In this document: piece after piece, positions 8,631 to 19,354 of the stretch
How positions within the stretch are numbered: position 1 is the first letter of the stretch
Layout of the letters: the number at the start of each line of letters is the position of its first letter
Virus record (IMG/VR): IMGVR_UViG_3300021256_000077
Span: 33,488-97,487 of that record
Strand: one strand, 5' to 3'
From: a virus
Lineage: Duplodnaviria; Caudoviricetes
Length of the DNA stretch: 64,000 nucleotides
Notes under the pieces: model-generated
What the model saw: the letters and a program-made list of their open reading frames with translations, nothing else
What the model was told of the DNA's origin: nothing
The model's database searches: none
Translations under genes and position numbers: made by a program

Positions 8631-9235
8631 CGGAAACGACGCCTGGGGGATGCTCGTTCGTCGGCACGTCGGTATGCGTCTGATGTGCTATGCTGCGATT
8701 GATTCAAGAAAGTTGACTGAAGGAAATTTTTATTTAAGCCGCAAAAAGGGGAAACAGGAACGTTTATGTTTTTTTTACCTACTCGCCCACTAGGTTATTA
8801 TGTTTTCGAACGTTAAGTTCCAGGCAATTTAATGCCACATCTGTTTTGCGATATTTGTGCGGCTATTACAAGTGCTCGGCCAGGCGTTGTCTACCATGTA
8901 ACTTTTATTATGACACAATAATTTTCGGCATTGTCAAGCTGCGTAAATTTATGTTGTATCAAATATTATTTTATCCAATACGATTTTCCAGTGCCGGATT
9001 TCATATCGAGTAGAAAGTGGAAGAAGACCGCGCATATTTTGAGTTGCGCTTGTTTTTAGTTTTTCTTTGCGGCTGAGGGCGAAGCTTAGCCTGGAGTTTT
9101 CCGGCGAAGGTGGGAGGTTGAGGTGGGGTGAGGAAAAGTTGACATGCGTTGAAAAGTATGTCGAAAAAAGGTTGCATGGGGGTTTAAAAAAAATTTATAG
9201 ATGTCAGACGTAAAATAATAAATCGTCTAAATCTC

Positions 9236-9620
9236 TGCTATACTTGAGTTGCCAAAGGGAACGGCGAAAGCCGAACCCCAAGGACAGGTCAGAATCCCCG
9301 AGTCGACCGGGAAAAGTCGACATCCGCACGAATCCCATCTCGCATGCGTGGCAATGCATGCGCGGTCGTTCCCCGTCTCACGTTTCCTGCGTGCCGTTGC
9401 GCGTTGTGACGGATTCCCACGCACTGCCCGCGCGTTGTGGGCTTGTGACCGGGCCATGGCTGTCCGTTTCCGCTGAACCTTGAAAAACGCATAGACCGGG
9501 AAAAGCTCCACAAGTAGCGGGCTTATTCTGAACTATGCGACCGCCCACGGTATACGTGGGATGAGCGACAGACGGGCGTCAGGCCCGGGCATACGTGCTC
9601 GGATTGTATCTGTTAACTCT
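9236..9620 (+). promoter_or_regulatory. Extended -10 promoter plus long structured leader with a boxA-like element
   Basis: TGcTATACT at 9236-9244; several GC hairpins; GAACCTTGAAAA at 9475-9486. Confidence 0.5.
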
Positions 9621-9657
9621 ACAACTCTGTCTATTTTGAAAAGGAAGGTATCTAACT

Positions 9658-10398
9658 ATGAAGAAGAATATCGCTGTGGAACTCTCTCTGCCTGAATCTA
9701 TCCTGTATCCTACTCTGTCTCGTGACTTTGAAGAAGTCAAGGCCTACTCTGACGCTACCCGCGCCTATGACAAGGCTGTCGCTGATGATAACGCTACCAC
9801 CACGTCTATTCAGACCGCGAAGGTGACAATGGACAGTGCCCGCGATGCCGTCGCTGAAAAGTCCCTGCGTACCTATGCCGTCAAGATGGAACAGCTCGCG
9901 CAAGAGGTGGGCAAGCCTGTTACCTACCTGAAAACCGTCTATCCGTACTATGCCACCTGTCAGATTTCCCATGATGGCGGGTATGGCGCGAATATCGCGA
10001 ATGACGGCGCGTGGGTGACGCTGTACGACGTCATCGACGTGGAAGCGTCCGGGATTGTGCGCAAGCTCTATCAGGAAGTCATGAAGCGCGTACAGGTCCA
10101 GTACATTCAGGAAGGATTCGCCACGGGCGAACTGGGCGAAAACACCGTATCCGGGAACTGGATTCGCAAGCAATTGCTCGAGATCGTCAGCAAGTACATC
10201 GACCCGGAAGGCGAATATCAGGCCGTAACCATGGATGTCAAGCAGATCGAGGGCGCGTTCCTGACCACCTTGAAGAACAAGACGAACGTGGTCAAGCTTC
10301 CGAAGGAAGACGAATTCGACCGGGTCGTGCTCAGAGTTCTGAACAGGATTTGCACAGGTGGCCACTATGAGTTCGAGGTCAAGAAGGCCCGCAAGTGA
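9658..10398 (+). CDS. Hypothetical protein, first gene of the rightward (early) operon
   Basis: Strong RBS AAAGGAAGGT, 246 aa, followed by a terminator. Confidence 0.8.
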   Translation: MKKNIAVELSLPESILYPTLSRDFEEVKAYSDATRAYDKAVADDNATTTSIQTAKVTMDSARDAVAEKSLRTYAVKMEQLAQEVGKPVTYLKTVYPYYATCQISHDGGYGANIANDGAWVTLYDVIDVEASGIVRKLYQEVMKRVQVQYIQEGFATGELGENTVSGNWIRKQLLEIVSKYIDPEGEYQAVTMDVKQIEGAFLTTLKNKTNVVKLPKEDEFDRVVLRVLNRICTGGHYEFEVKKARK

Positions 10399-10400
10399 TC

Positions 10401-10434
10401 GAAGGGGGTTCGCCCCCTTCCTTCTTTTTTTTTT
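10401..10434 (+). terminator. Rho-independent terminator
   Basis: GAAGGGG-GTTCG-CCCCTTC followed by a long T tract. Confidence 0.8.
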
Positions 10435-10828
10435 GTTCCTGGAACGACCAGCGCGTTCCAAGATTTTTTTTTTTTTTTTGGATTTTTTTTGGAGGTGCGA
10501 ACTATGGGATTGTTCATCACAAATTCTTCGGAACTCATGGAAATTCTCGGAGTTAATCAGGCCGTTGCTTCTAGCATGGCTAATAACATCGCTCGATACT
10601 TTGACAGTAGAAAAGAAAAGCTAATGACAACAATCGTTGTCATGTTTAAGACGCTTGCCCTTGCAGAGGTCATCGACGGCGAAACATTCGATTCAACGAC
10701 TATCTATTTCATGCTAGAAGATTGCTCATCCGCCCGCGAGTTCGTCGACGAGCTTCGCAAACTGAAGGAATACTATGCCTGAGGGCTGAACGGCCCTCTT
10801 TTTGTTTGGAAGAAAGGAAGGAATCATC

Positions 10829-11668
10829 ATGAAAAAAATTATTCGCGTTATCCGTAAAATGTGGCTACTCTCAAGAGAAACCGTCGCCCGCATCGTAACG
10901 ACCGCCCTGGCAATCATCGGAGCATACGAACAGGACAACGTCCCGGTCAAGATTTCCCTGAGCCGTGGCAACCGCAAGATCGGCAAGGCCTACAACTTTA
11001 GCACGATGCCCGTAATTACCTGTGGAGCATGCCACGACTGCAAACGGGGATGCTATGCCATGAAGTCAGCAGCCAGATACCCGACCTGCATCCGGGCATG
11101 GAGCAAGAACACATTCATGGTTAGACACTTCTTGTCCGATGTCTACGAACAGCTCACGGAAGAATTCCGCAGAGTGACCAAACCCGAAAACAAGTACTGT
11201 CGAATTCACGTGGCAGGTGAGTTCGAAGCGACCGACTACGCAAAACAGGCAATCGTGGACAAGACCACGAGAAAGTTCGGATGGGCAACACAGCCTATCG
11301 AGTTCACCCGGTGGGGTGAGCTTGCAATGTGGGTACAGCTTGCCCTGGAGCACCCGGACTGGACATTTTGGACCTACACCAAAATGCACTGGGTGGTCAA
11401 TCTGTACTGCCTGCTCCATGGCGGTAGGCATGCCGTCCCCCGCAACCTGACCATCATGTTCAGCCGTTGGGGGCTTCGAAGCAAGATCGACAACCCATAT
11501 GGATTCCCTGAGTTTATCACTGTTCTCACCGACGAGGGCGAGACCATGCCCGAAGGGTTCTGGGTCTGCCCCGGAAGGTGCAAGGAATGCAAGAAGGAAA
11601 CCAGCAAGGACGGCAAGTGCCACGGATGCCTTGCTAACGAAACCACTGTGACCGAGAACCATAACTGA
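10829..11668 (+). CDS. GP88-like (radical-SAM-related, Cys-rich) phage protein
   Basis: GNRKIG, TCGACHDCKRGCYA, RIHVAGEF, FWTYTK, NLTIMFS and C-terminal CPGRCKEC motifs. Confidence 0.7.
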   Translation: MKKIIRVIRKMWLLSRETVARIVTTALAIIGAYEQDNVPVKISLSRGNRKIGKAYNFSTMPVITCGACHDCKRGCYAMKSAARYPTCIRAWSKNTFMVRHFLSDVYEQLTEEFRRVTKPENKYCRIHVAGEFEATDYAKQAIVDKTTRKFGWATQPIEFTRWGELAMWVQLALEHPDWTFWTYTKMHWVVNLYCLLHGGRHAVPRNLTIMFSRWGLRSKIDNPYGFPEFITVLTDEGETMPEGFWVCPGRCKECKKETSKDGKCHGCLANETTVTENHN

Positions 11669-11957
11669 TGTGTGCCCGGGCGTGGTGGATTCCCGCCCGG
11701 GGAAAGGAAATGAATATGACAGATTATGAAATCATGCTGGAAAATATGCTGAATTATGAAGAAACGATGAGCGAAATTAATGCGGAAATTTACGAAAATG
11801 ATTGTATCTATGCGGAATGAGGAAAATACCCAATGCGGAAAATTCTAATGCAATTAATGGGCAAATTTGTCCACATAATCCATGCCGGAAATAATGCGCA
11901 AATTAACACATTAGCAGAATTTAATGGGCAAACCAACGAATAAAGGAGAAATGCATC

Positions 11958-14171
11958 ATGAAGTATGTACTGTATATGCCAAGTAAAAATATTGTTAAGG
12001 TATTCGACGTACGTGTTAAGAAAGACAGGCATGATATGTTCAATTTCATGCTGGAAAATTACGAAAATTGTGAGTCGTTCAAGATATATAGAGCGACGTT
12101 CGAGCTTGAACCTGTTTGGTGGACGGCGCGGAGTTTCCACGGCCAGGTCATGGAAATCGAGTTCGGCGACCGCTACGGGACGGTCTACGACACCATCTCG
12201 ATTCAGTATGGGGAGGAATGAGAAATGATCGCGATCTCTGGCAAATACGGCAACTTGGTATATGAAACCGTCGAACCAGAACCCGAACACGAACCCGCCA
12301 GGGTGGTCTACCATGGCCACCACTACGTGGAAGTGGATGGGCACATCTACGTAGAACCGGGCTATTACGCAGTCGATGACGGCAATCATCCGGGTTGGAT
12401 TGACACCTTCGTCACCAAAGAAGCTGCCCAGAAATGGGTGGAGCACCTTGAAAACGAGGGCTGTGCACCCTCATGTATCTACGTACTACATGATGAAGTA
12501 AACCGATGCGGAATTTGCAGATTATCGCAAATCCAATGCGGAAATTCTCGCAAATTGTCGCAAAATTAATGCGGAAAATTTGTAAATAATCGCAAATCCG
12601 TCCGGAAATTTCCGTGCGGATTTTTAGATTGTCGCAAAACGAAAGGAACAGTAATTATGATTAAGCAGATTAATAAACTTCAGGACTGGGTGCGGATGAA
12701 CTTCGAATTCATCCCTACTCGAATCGTCGCGAAACTTATGGAAGCCGGGGAAGACATCCCCGAACTGACCCCTACTGACGAGGAATACGACGACGTGCTG
12801 CCCATGTGGGGAACCATGTGGAGCTTCCATGAAGAACTCGATTCGAGCTTCATCAAAAAGATCGCGGAATGCGGATTCCGGGTATTCTATCAGGATGACC
12901 TTGGATATCTCATTGGAATTGACGGTGGCGGATATGACTTCATGGAAGCACACTGGCTTCCGTTGTATCGCGTATTTGGCGGAACGGATATTGACTAACA
13001 ACTAATGCGGACTTTCTCAGATATTTACACGCCAGGGCTGATTATCGCCCTGCGTTTTTAAGTGCGGAATTTTCGCGGAATTGAAAGGAGAAAAAATATG
13101 AGAACATATAAGCTATTTCGTGAAAAGAATGGCAAACTCTACCCCTTATTTGTAAACGCCAATGAGGAAGTGCCCGTTGGCGAATGGCTTACCGCTCAGA
13201 TCGGCGCGAAAGCTGATGATACGCATGTTAAATCCCGTCTTGGCGCGTTGTCACTTCGTCCGGGTTGGCACTCGTGCACCGTGCCGTTCACGGACTGGAT
13301 TGGCAAGAAAGGTACGGACGGAAAGCTGTATCAACGGCCCGGAACTGTGTGGGCTGAATGCGAAATTGACGGCGAACCGCAGGAAGTTACCGCCAGGAAC
13401 GGGCTGCGGGAACTCCCGGATACGTGGTATCACTTCCGCACCAACGCCAAGCAGATTTGGCCTTGGATCATTTCCCGGAAGATCAAAGTTGTGCGGACTC
13501 TGACCCATGAAGAGGTCGAGCGGATTTGCGAGTCGTACGGAATAAAAGCGCAGGAGGTGGCATAACATGGCAACCATCAGCACCAGGGACGGATATAAGT
13601 ATGTTCGCCTTGCGGAAATCCCCATGAACGATGGGAAGTTCAAGTTCAATGGTCGCGAATATGACTTGGATGCGGATTTTGAACCGATTGGATATCCCGA
13701 GTTTTACGACGATGAGGACGGTAAGCTGCGTTTCCTGTCCTATGTGGAACGTGAAGAGTGGCGCAACCCGCTCATGCTGGAAGTCGGGGAATACATGGAC
13801 GAGGTAATCATATACAGGGAGGAGAATGAAAATGACTAAGACTGAATTTATCGAGAGCATGCAGAACTTCATCGACGAACTCAAAGAAGGAAGTTGGGGG
13901 TGCTTTGATCCCTCAAAGGGTGTCACCCTTTTTGGAAACAAAAACTATGGTGAAATTTGGATTGATGTATCCGAAAGCTGCACGATCAACGCAAAGCTGT
14001 ACACCGCAACCGAAGAAGAAAAGAAAGGCTGAGGTGCGGAAAATGTTGAGATCAGAAATGTTGGAACAGGAACGCCGTGAGAAGCGCAATGCCATCACGA
14101 CGTTTTTGATTGAAGGAATCCTGACAGGCCTTATGGCAATGGGTCTGTTCTGGATGGCAATGCATGTGTGA
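11958..14171 (+). other. Run of small early hypothetical CDSs (11958-12221, 12225-12569, 12657-12998, 13098-13565, 13567-13839, 13826-14032)
   Basis: Consecutive + strand ORFs with AGGAG-type RBSs and TAA/TGA stops. Confidence 0.7.
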
Positions 14172-14187
14172 TGAAAGGAGAAATAAC

Positions 14188-15210
14188 ATGAATCTTTTAT
14201 CTCTCTTTTCCGGGATCGGAGCGTTCGAACGTGCGCTCCAGGAACTCGGCGCGGACTTCGACATCGTGAATTACTGCGAGGTCGATCCGTACGCCTCGAA
14301 AGCATATTCCCTTCTGCACAACATTCCAGAATCGCGGAATCTCTGGGATGTGCGGAAGGTGGATTGTAGGAGATACCCGTACGGGAAGCTTGATCTCCTG
14401 ACCTATGGCTTTCCATGTCAGGACATCAGCATTAACGGCAGGAAGCAGGGCTTCCGCAATGAGGACGGCACGACAACACGAAGCGGACTGTTTACGGAGG
14501 CCGTCCGTATCATCCGCGAGACCACGCCGAAGGTGGCGATTGCGGAAAATGTCAAGAACTTGCTGTCCACTGGGATGACGGAAGCACGTCAGATCGTGGC
14601 GGAAACGCTGAATCGATCTGGCTATAACAGCTATTGGGCAGTGCTGAATGCGCAAGGCTTCGGCATCCCGCAAGCCCGTGAGCGGGTGTTCATCGTCAGC
14701 ATCCGCAAAGATTTGGACGATGGGAGCTTCACCTTCCCTATCGGATTTCCGCTGACCAAACAGGTAGCGGACTTTCTGGATGCGGAAGTGCCAGAAAAGT
14801 TCGACATACCGGAATCACACAAGGCGGGCATGGAATGGCGAACCCACTATGAGAACATGGATGACCCGTTCGGCATCCACTGGGTCGGAAACCTCAATCA
14901 TTACAACTACCACAAGATGAACAGAGTCTATTCGGCGTACGGAAGCTGCGCCACTTTGGACACGGTTTCAGGTGGTGGTCGGGCAATGAAAATTCTCGCC
15001 CCGGATGGCAGGGTACGGTATCTCACCCCTGACGAGTACTTCAAATTGATGGGGTTTACGCAGGAAGACGTTGATCTTCTGCGGGCAAACGGGCTGAGCA
15101 ATTCCCGCCTGTATAAGATGGCCGGAAACAGCATCGTTGTCCCTGTCGCAAAGGCAGTATTGAAACAGGTTATCAATGCGGAATTTTCGCAGATCGAAAG
15201 GAGCGCATAA
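14188..15210 (+). CDS. DNA (cytosine-5) methyltransferase, orphan
   Basis: LFSGIG, GFPCQD, ENV, QARERVF and YKMAGNSI motifs. Confidence 0.93.
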   Translation: MNLLSLFSGIGAFERALQELGADFDIVNYCEVDPYASKAYSLLHNIPESRNLWDVRKVDCRRYPYGKLDLLTYGFPCQDISINGRKQGFRNEDGTTTRSGLFTEAVRIIRETTPKVAIAENVKNLLSTGMTEARQIVAETLNRSGYNSYWAVLNAQGFGIPQARERVFIVSIRKDLDDGSFTFPIGFPLTKQVADFLDAEVPEKFDIPESHKAGMEWRTHYENMDDPFGIHWVGNLNHYNYHKMNRVYSAYGSCATLDTVSGGGRAMKILAPDGRVRYLTPDEYFKLMGFTQEDVDLLRANGLSNSRLYKMAGNSIVVPVAKAVLKQVINAEFSQIERSA

Positions 15211-15212
15211 CA

Positions 15213-16728
15213 ATGACGGAATACAGAGTTTTGATAGTGACAGCCAATAATCGCACCATTCAGCTTGGTGTGATAACCGCTTCCCCTTCCGCAACGGTCG
15301 CGGAGTTTATTGGGGAACTTCATCGGGGATTCTACATCCCCCTTGGACTGCCGGAAGAGATGGTGAACGTAGTGTATAGCCGCAAAGATCACCTGTTCAT
15401 CGTGAAGGATTTACTTCATCGTGAAACCGTGTGCTATCTCCACCAGGTGGCGTAACGAATAAGGAGGAACGAACAATGGCTAACATTTTCACGGTCAAGC
15501 TCGAACGGATTGAAACTCTTATGGTTAACGTGATCGCAGATTCTGCGGAAGATGCGGAAGATATCGTCGAGTCCGCAGTATATGACGGACTTACAGTTTC
15601 GGACTTCTTTGAGAATGAAGTTGTCACGGAAAGTATCAGCGCCTCTGCCATGAGCAAGACCCGTGGTTATGGGGTTCAGATGCTTCCTGACGAGTTCTAC
15701 CCGGAAGAAGACGAGGGGGCGGGAGCATGAGTATATGGGAGTGGTTATGGCCCGACCTCTACTCGGGCCTCCCCCTTTTCAACTGCGGAATGAAGGTCGG
15801 GAAGATTTCCGTCAAGACCTGCGATAAATGCTACCTGCGGAGCGTCTGCAATATCTATGCAGAGCACGCCAACGATAAGAAGGAGGAAACGAAATGATTT
15901 ATACCGCTGAAGAAATGGAACTGCTCACAAACAATGTACAGCAGATTGAATCTTACCTGCGCGGATTGATGCCGGAAATTCGGAAGCCCATCCATATTGA
16001 GTTCGGCGATATCATTACCCACCCTGGTAACTATGGACGTGTGACGATGGAAAATGAGTACGAACTTATCGTTGATAATGATGATATCTGTGGTCGGCAT
16101 GGTTGCTTTACCCTCAATTTTTTCGGTAAAAGGTCTGACAGATCAGCTTGGACGGTTATTCCGATCTATACCCCGCGTGGTGCGGATTACATGATGAAAC
16201 TGTGCAGAGACTGGAAGGTTATCAAGTACAAGATTCTCGTTGAAATCAACAAGCAGAAATCGGAACTCGAACAACTGAAAAACTTTGAACTGTGAATAAG
16301 GAGGAAACGAAATGAAATGCTCTTGCGGATGCAATGAATTCTATGCACAGCAAATCTTGTATGTAAATGTGATTGTCGATGGTCATAACAATTTTCTGCG
16401 GAATGAGCATGAAAAAGAAACGGATAACTTTGTGCCGGGGCTAGATATTTATGACTGTGAAGCTCCGTACGGACCATTCATTTGTGTAAATTGCGGAGAA
16501 GTATATGACAAATTGGAGGGATGAACAATGGCAACCAAGATCAAAGACCTCAAGCATGGCGAGTTCTTCACGCTGAAACCCATTGCGGAACCTAAGGAAT
16601 CTCAGGTCTACGTCCGGGGCGAATATGATCGCTCCGAGCGGAAGTACTGGGCACAGAAATGGAACGACATCGGCGACGGCAAGTATCTGGACGGTAACCG
16701 CACTGTCTATACAGATTTCACATTCTGA
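15213..16728 (+). other. Small early hypothetical CDSs (15213-15455, 15476-15730, 15894-16295, 16312-16524, 16528-16728)
   Basis: Tightly packed ORFs, each with an RBS. Confidence 0.7.
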
Positions 16729-16742
16729 AAGGAGAATTGATT

Positions 16743-17621
16743 ATGGCTAAGTTCGATATTTATCAGATGGTAACCGACCGTATCCTGAACGACCTGAAAA
16801 ACGGCACTGTGCCGTGGGAAAAGCCGTGGACGAACACGACCGGGAATACGGTCGCCAGGTCGCACAACGATGGCCGGGTCTATTCCCTGCTGAATCAGAT
16901 GCTCCTCGGGATTCCGGGCGAATATGCAACCTTCACGCAGGTCAATAAGGAAGGTGGCAAGGTTAAGAAGGGCGCGAAGCAGAGCGTCGTGGTCTTCTAC
17001 AAGCTTATCCAGAAGAAGGAAAAGGTCACGGATGATGACGGCAACGAGGAAGAGACTACTGGCCGGAAGATTCCGATTCTGCGGTACTCCGGGGTCTTCC
17101 ATCTGGACGATACGGAAGGCATCAAGCCCAAGTACGTCAAGAGTGCAGGATTGAATGCGGACAATCACACGATTGATGAGATTGATGCGGTGGTTGCGGA
17201 CTATCTGAATCGCTCTGGCGTGGTGCTGCGCCACTATGAACAGGATAGTGCGTTCTATAACACCAAGTCGCACGAGGTGATCATGCCTAAGATCGGCCAG
17301 TTCAGAAATTCGGAAGCCTACTATGCTTCCCTCTTCCACGAACTCGGCCACAGCACCGGGAAAGCACTGGGACGCGACATGAGCGGGCAGAAAGAGAAGT
17401 ACAGCCGTGAGGAATTGGTCGCGGAGATTACTTCTTCCGTTCTCTGCAATCATTTCGGAATAGACTCCGCAAAATTGGAGCGGAACACGTCATCTTACAT
17501 CAAGGGATGGCTGAAGCCCTTGCAGGACGATCCGAAGATGGTCGTCTGGGCCGCAAATCGTGCGGAAAAGGCGGTCAACCTGATTCTGAACATCACGAAA
17601 ACGAACGAGGAGGATGAATGA
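16743..17621 (+). CDS. ardC: ArdC-like antirestriction / ssDNA-binding protein with zincin domain
   Basis: VPWEKPW, YSLLNQMLL, GGKVKKG, FHELGHSTG, YSREELVAE, SYIKGWL motifs. Confidence 0.88.
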   Translation: MAKFDIYQMVTDRILNDLKNGTVPWEKPWTNTTGNTVARSHNDGRVYSLLNQMLLGIPGEYATFTQVNKEGGKVKKGAKQSVVVFYKLIQKKEKVTDDDGNEEETTGRKIPILRYSGVFHLDDTEGIKPKYVKSAGLNADNHTIDEIDAVVADYLNRSGVVLRHYEQDSAFYNTKSHEVIMPKIGQFRNSEAYYASLFHELGHSTGKALGRDMSGQKEKYSREELVAEITSSVLCNHFGIDSAKLERNTSSYIKGWLKPLQDDPKMVVWAANRAEKAVNLILNITKTNEEDE

Positions 17622-18335
17622 TATGGCAAGCATGTACACGGACGGCAGGATGGTAATCATCATCGATATGGCTACATGGAACGGTAACCAGTATGGCCCT
17701 AGTTTCGAAGCGGACTTCTTCGAGAACGGAACTTTGAACTACATTGAGCAGATTAACTGCCGATGTGTGGACGATGTGCAGTACCTTATCGACCAAGCCA
17801 CCGACTGGAAGCTCGGGGTTGGCGACTATGTGGACGAACTTGAGGGTGAAACCGGGCATACGCCCGAAGATCGGCACGTTGACATAGATATCGTATGGGA
17901 AGCAAGCCCGAACGACCCGGAATACTTCAACTATGACAGCTGGACGGATGAGAATCGTCCGAACGACTGGACTTATGTAGTCCCGTGTCTGAATACCATT
18001 GCGAATATCGCAGAATGGCAGGGCAACATCACACATGAGCAGATTCTCGACGACTACAACAACGGTCGTCTGAGAATTCCCATGGGTTAAGGAGGAATGA
18101 GCATGAATAAGGAACGCAGGAAGTACATCCGTAACATCATCGAATCACTTGAGGTCGCAAAATCCGACCTCGAGCAGATTCGGGAAGAGGAACAGATGGC
18201 ATTCGACAATATGCCGGAAGGTTTACAGGCATCGGAACGGGGCGAAGCAATGGAAGATGCCATCTACAACCTGGAAGATGCGTTCGATTCCGTTGACAGC
18301 GCAATCGATACCCTGAACGAAATCATCGGGGAGGT

Positions 18336-18977
18336 ATGAGCATGAATATCCTTGTTGCATGCGAAGAATCACAAGAAGTTTGTAAGGCATTTCGTGAGCT
18401 TGGCCACGATGCCTTTTCTTGTGACATCGAATCTTGTTCCGGCGGGCATCCTGAGTGGCACATCGAAGGAGATGTCCTTCCCCTTCTCAATGGGAACTGC
18501 CAGTTTGAGACCGCCGACGGACTCACCCACTATCAGGCCGGAAGGTGGGACATGATCATCGCCTTCCCGCCTTGCACCCACCTCTCTTCTAGCGGCCAGC
18601 ACTGGTTTGCAAGAGGTTTGAAAGACCCGCAGCTCAGAGAGGATGGTGTTAAGTTCTTTATGCGGTTCGTAAATGCGGACTGCGACAGGATTGCAATCGA
18701 GAATCCGGTAGGAATCATGAGCACTCGGTATCGGAAGCCCGACCAAATCATTCAGCCGTGGATGTTTGGTCATGGCGAGACCAAGCAGACCTGCCTTTGG
18801 TTGAAAGGTCTGCCAAAACTTGTGCCGACCAACATTGTGGAAGGTCGAGAGCACAGAATCCTGGCGATGGGGCCGTCAGAAAATCGCCGGAAGATGAGGA
18901 GCAAGACCTATCACGGCGTAGCCCTTGCCATGGCAGCACAGTGGGGAAAGGAGTTGGATGACGATGTTCGGTTCTAA
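18336..18977 (+). CDS. Short phage-type C5 DNA methyltransferase-like protein
   Basis: LVACEESQ, AFPPCTHL, IENPVG, QPWMFGH, RSKTYHGVA motifs. Confidence 0.8.
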   Translation: MSMNILVACEESQEVCKAFRELGHDAFSCDIESCSGGHPEWHIEGDVLPLLNGNCQFETADGLTHYQAGRWDMIIAFPPCTHLSSSGQHWFARGLKDPQLREDGVKFFMRFVNADCDRIAIENPVGIMSTRYRKPDQIIQPWMFGHGETKQTCLWLKGLPKLVPTNIVEGREHRILAMGPSENRRKMRSKTYHGVALAMAAQWGKELDDDVRF

Positions 18978-19341
18978 TCCTACCCCGTTTTGGGGTGACA
19001 TCTTCTATGCGGATCTTGGAATTCCGCAGCCCGGTCAGTATGTGATCGGCAAGATTCGCCCGGTCGTGATTGTTTCCAACAACATGGGCAATCTTTACGG
19101 GAATACCATTACGGTAGTCCCCCTCACGAGTGGGCAGAAGCGGTTAAATCTGCCGACTCATATTGAGATTACCCCGGATGATATCCAGTCTTCCGGCGAT
19201 TATCTTAAGCCGTCAACGATCCTGACGGAACAGATAATGACTATCGATAAGACATGCCTTAAAGCATATATAGGCCGCATCAATTCGGTAGCTGTTATCG
19301 GCAAAATTTATGAAGCACTAAGAATTCAGTTAGCAATTTAA
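18964..19341 (+). CDS. PemK/MazF-family endoribonuclease, no adjacent antitoxin
   Basis: GDIFYADL, KIRPVVIVSN, VVPLTS, EQIMTIDK motifs. Confidence 0.88.
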   Translation: MFGSNPTPFWGDIFYADLGIPQPGQYVIGKIRPVVIVSNNMGNLYGNTITVVPLTSGQKRLNLPTHIEITPDDIQSSGDYLKPSTILTEQIMTIDKTCLKAYIGRINSVAVIGKIYEALRIQLAI

Positions 19342-19354
19342 GGAGGAGCGAACA

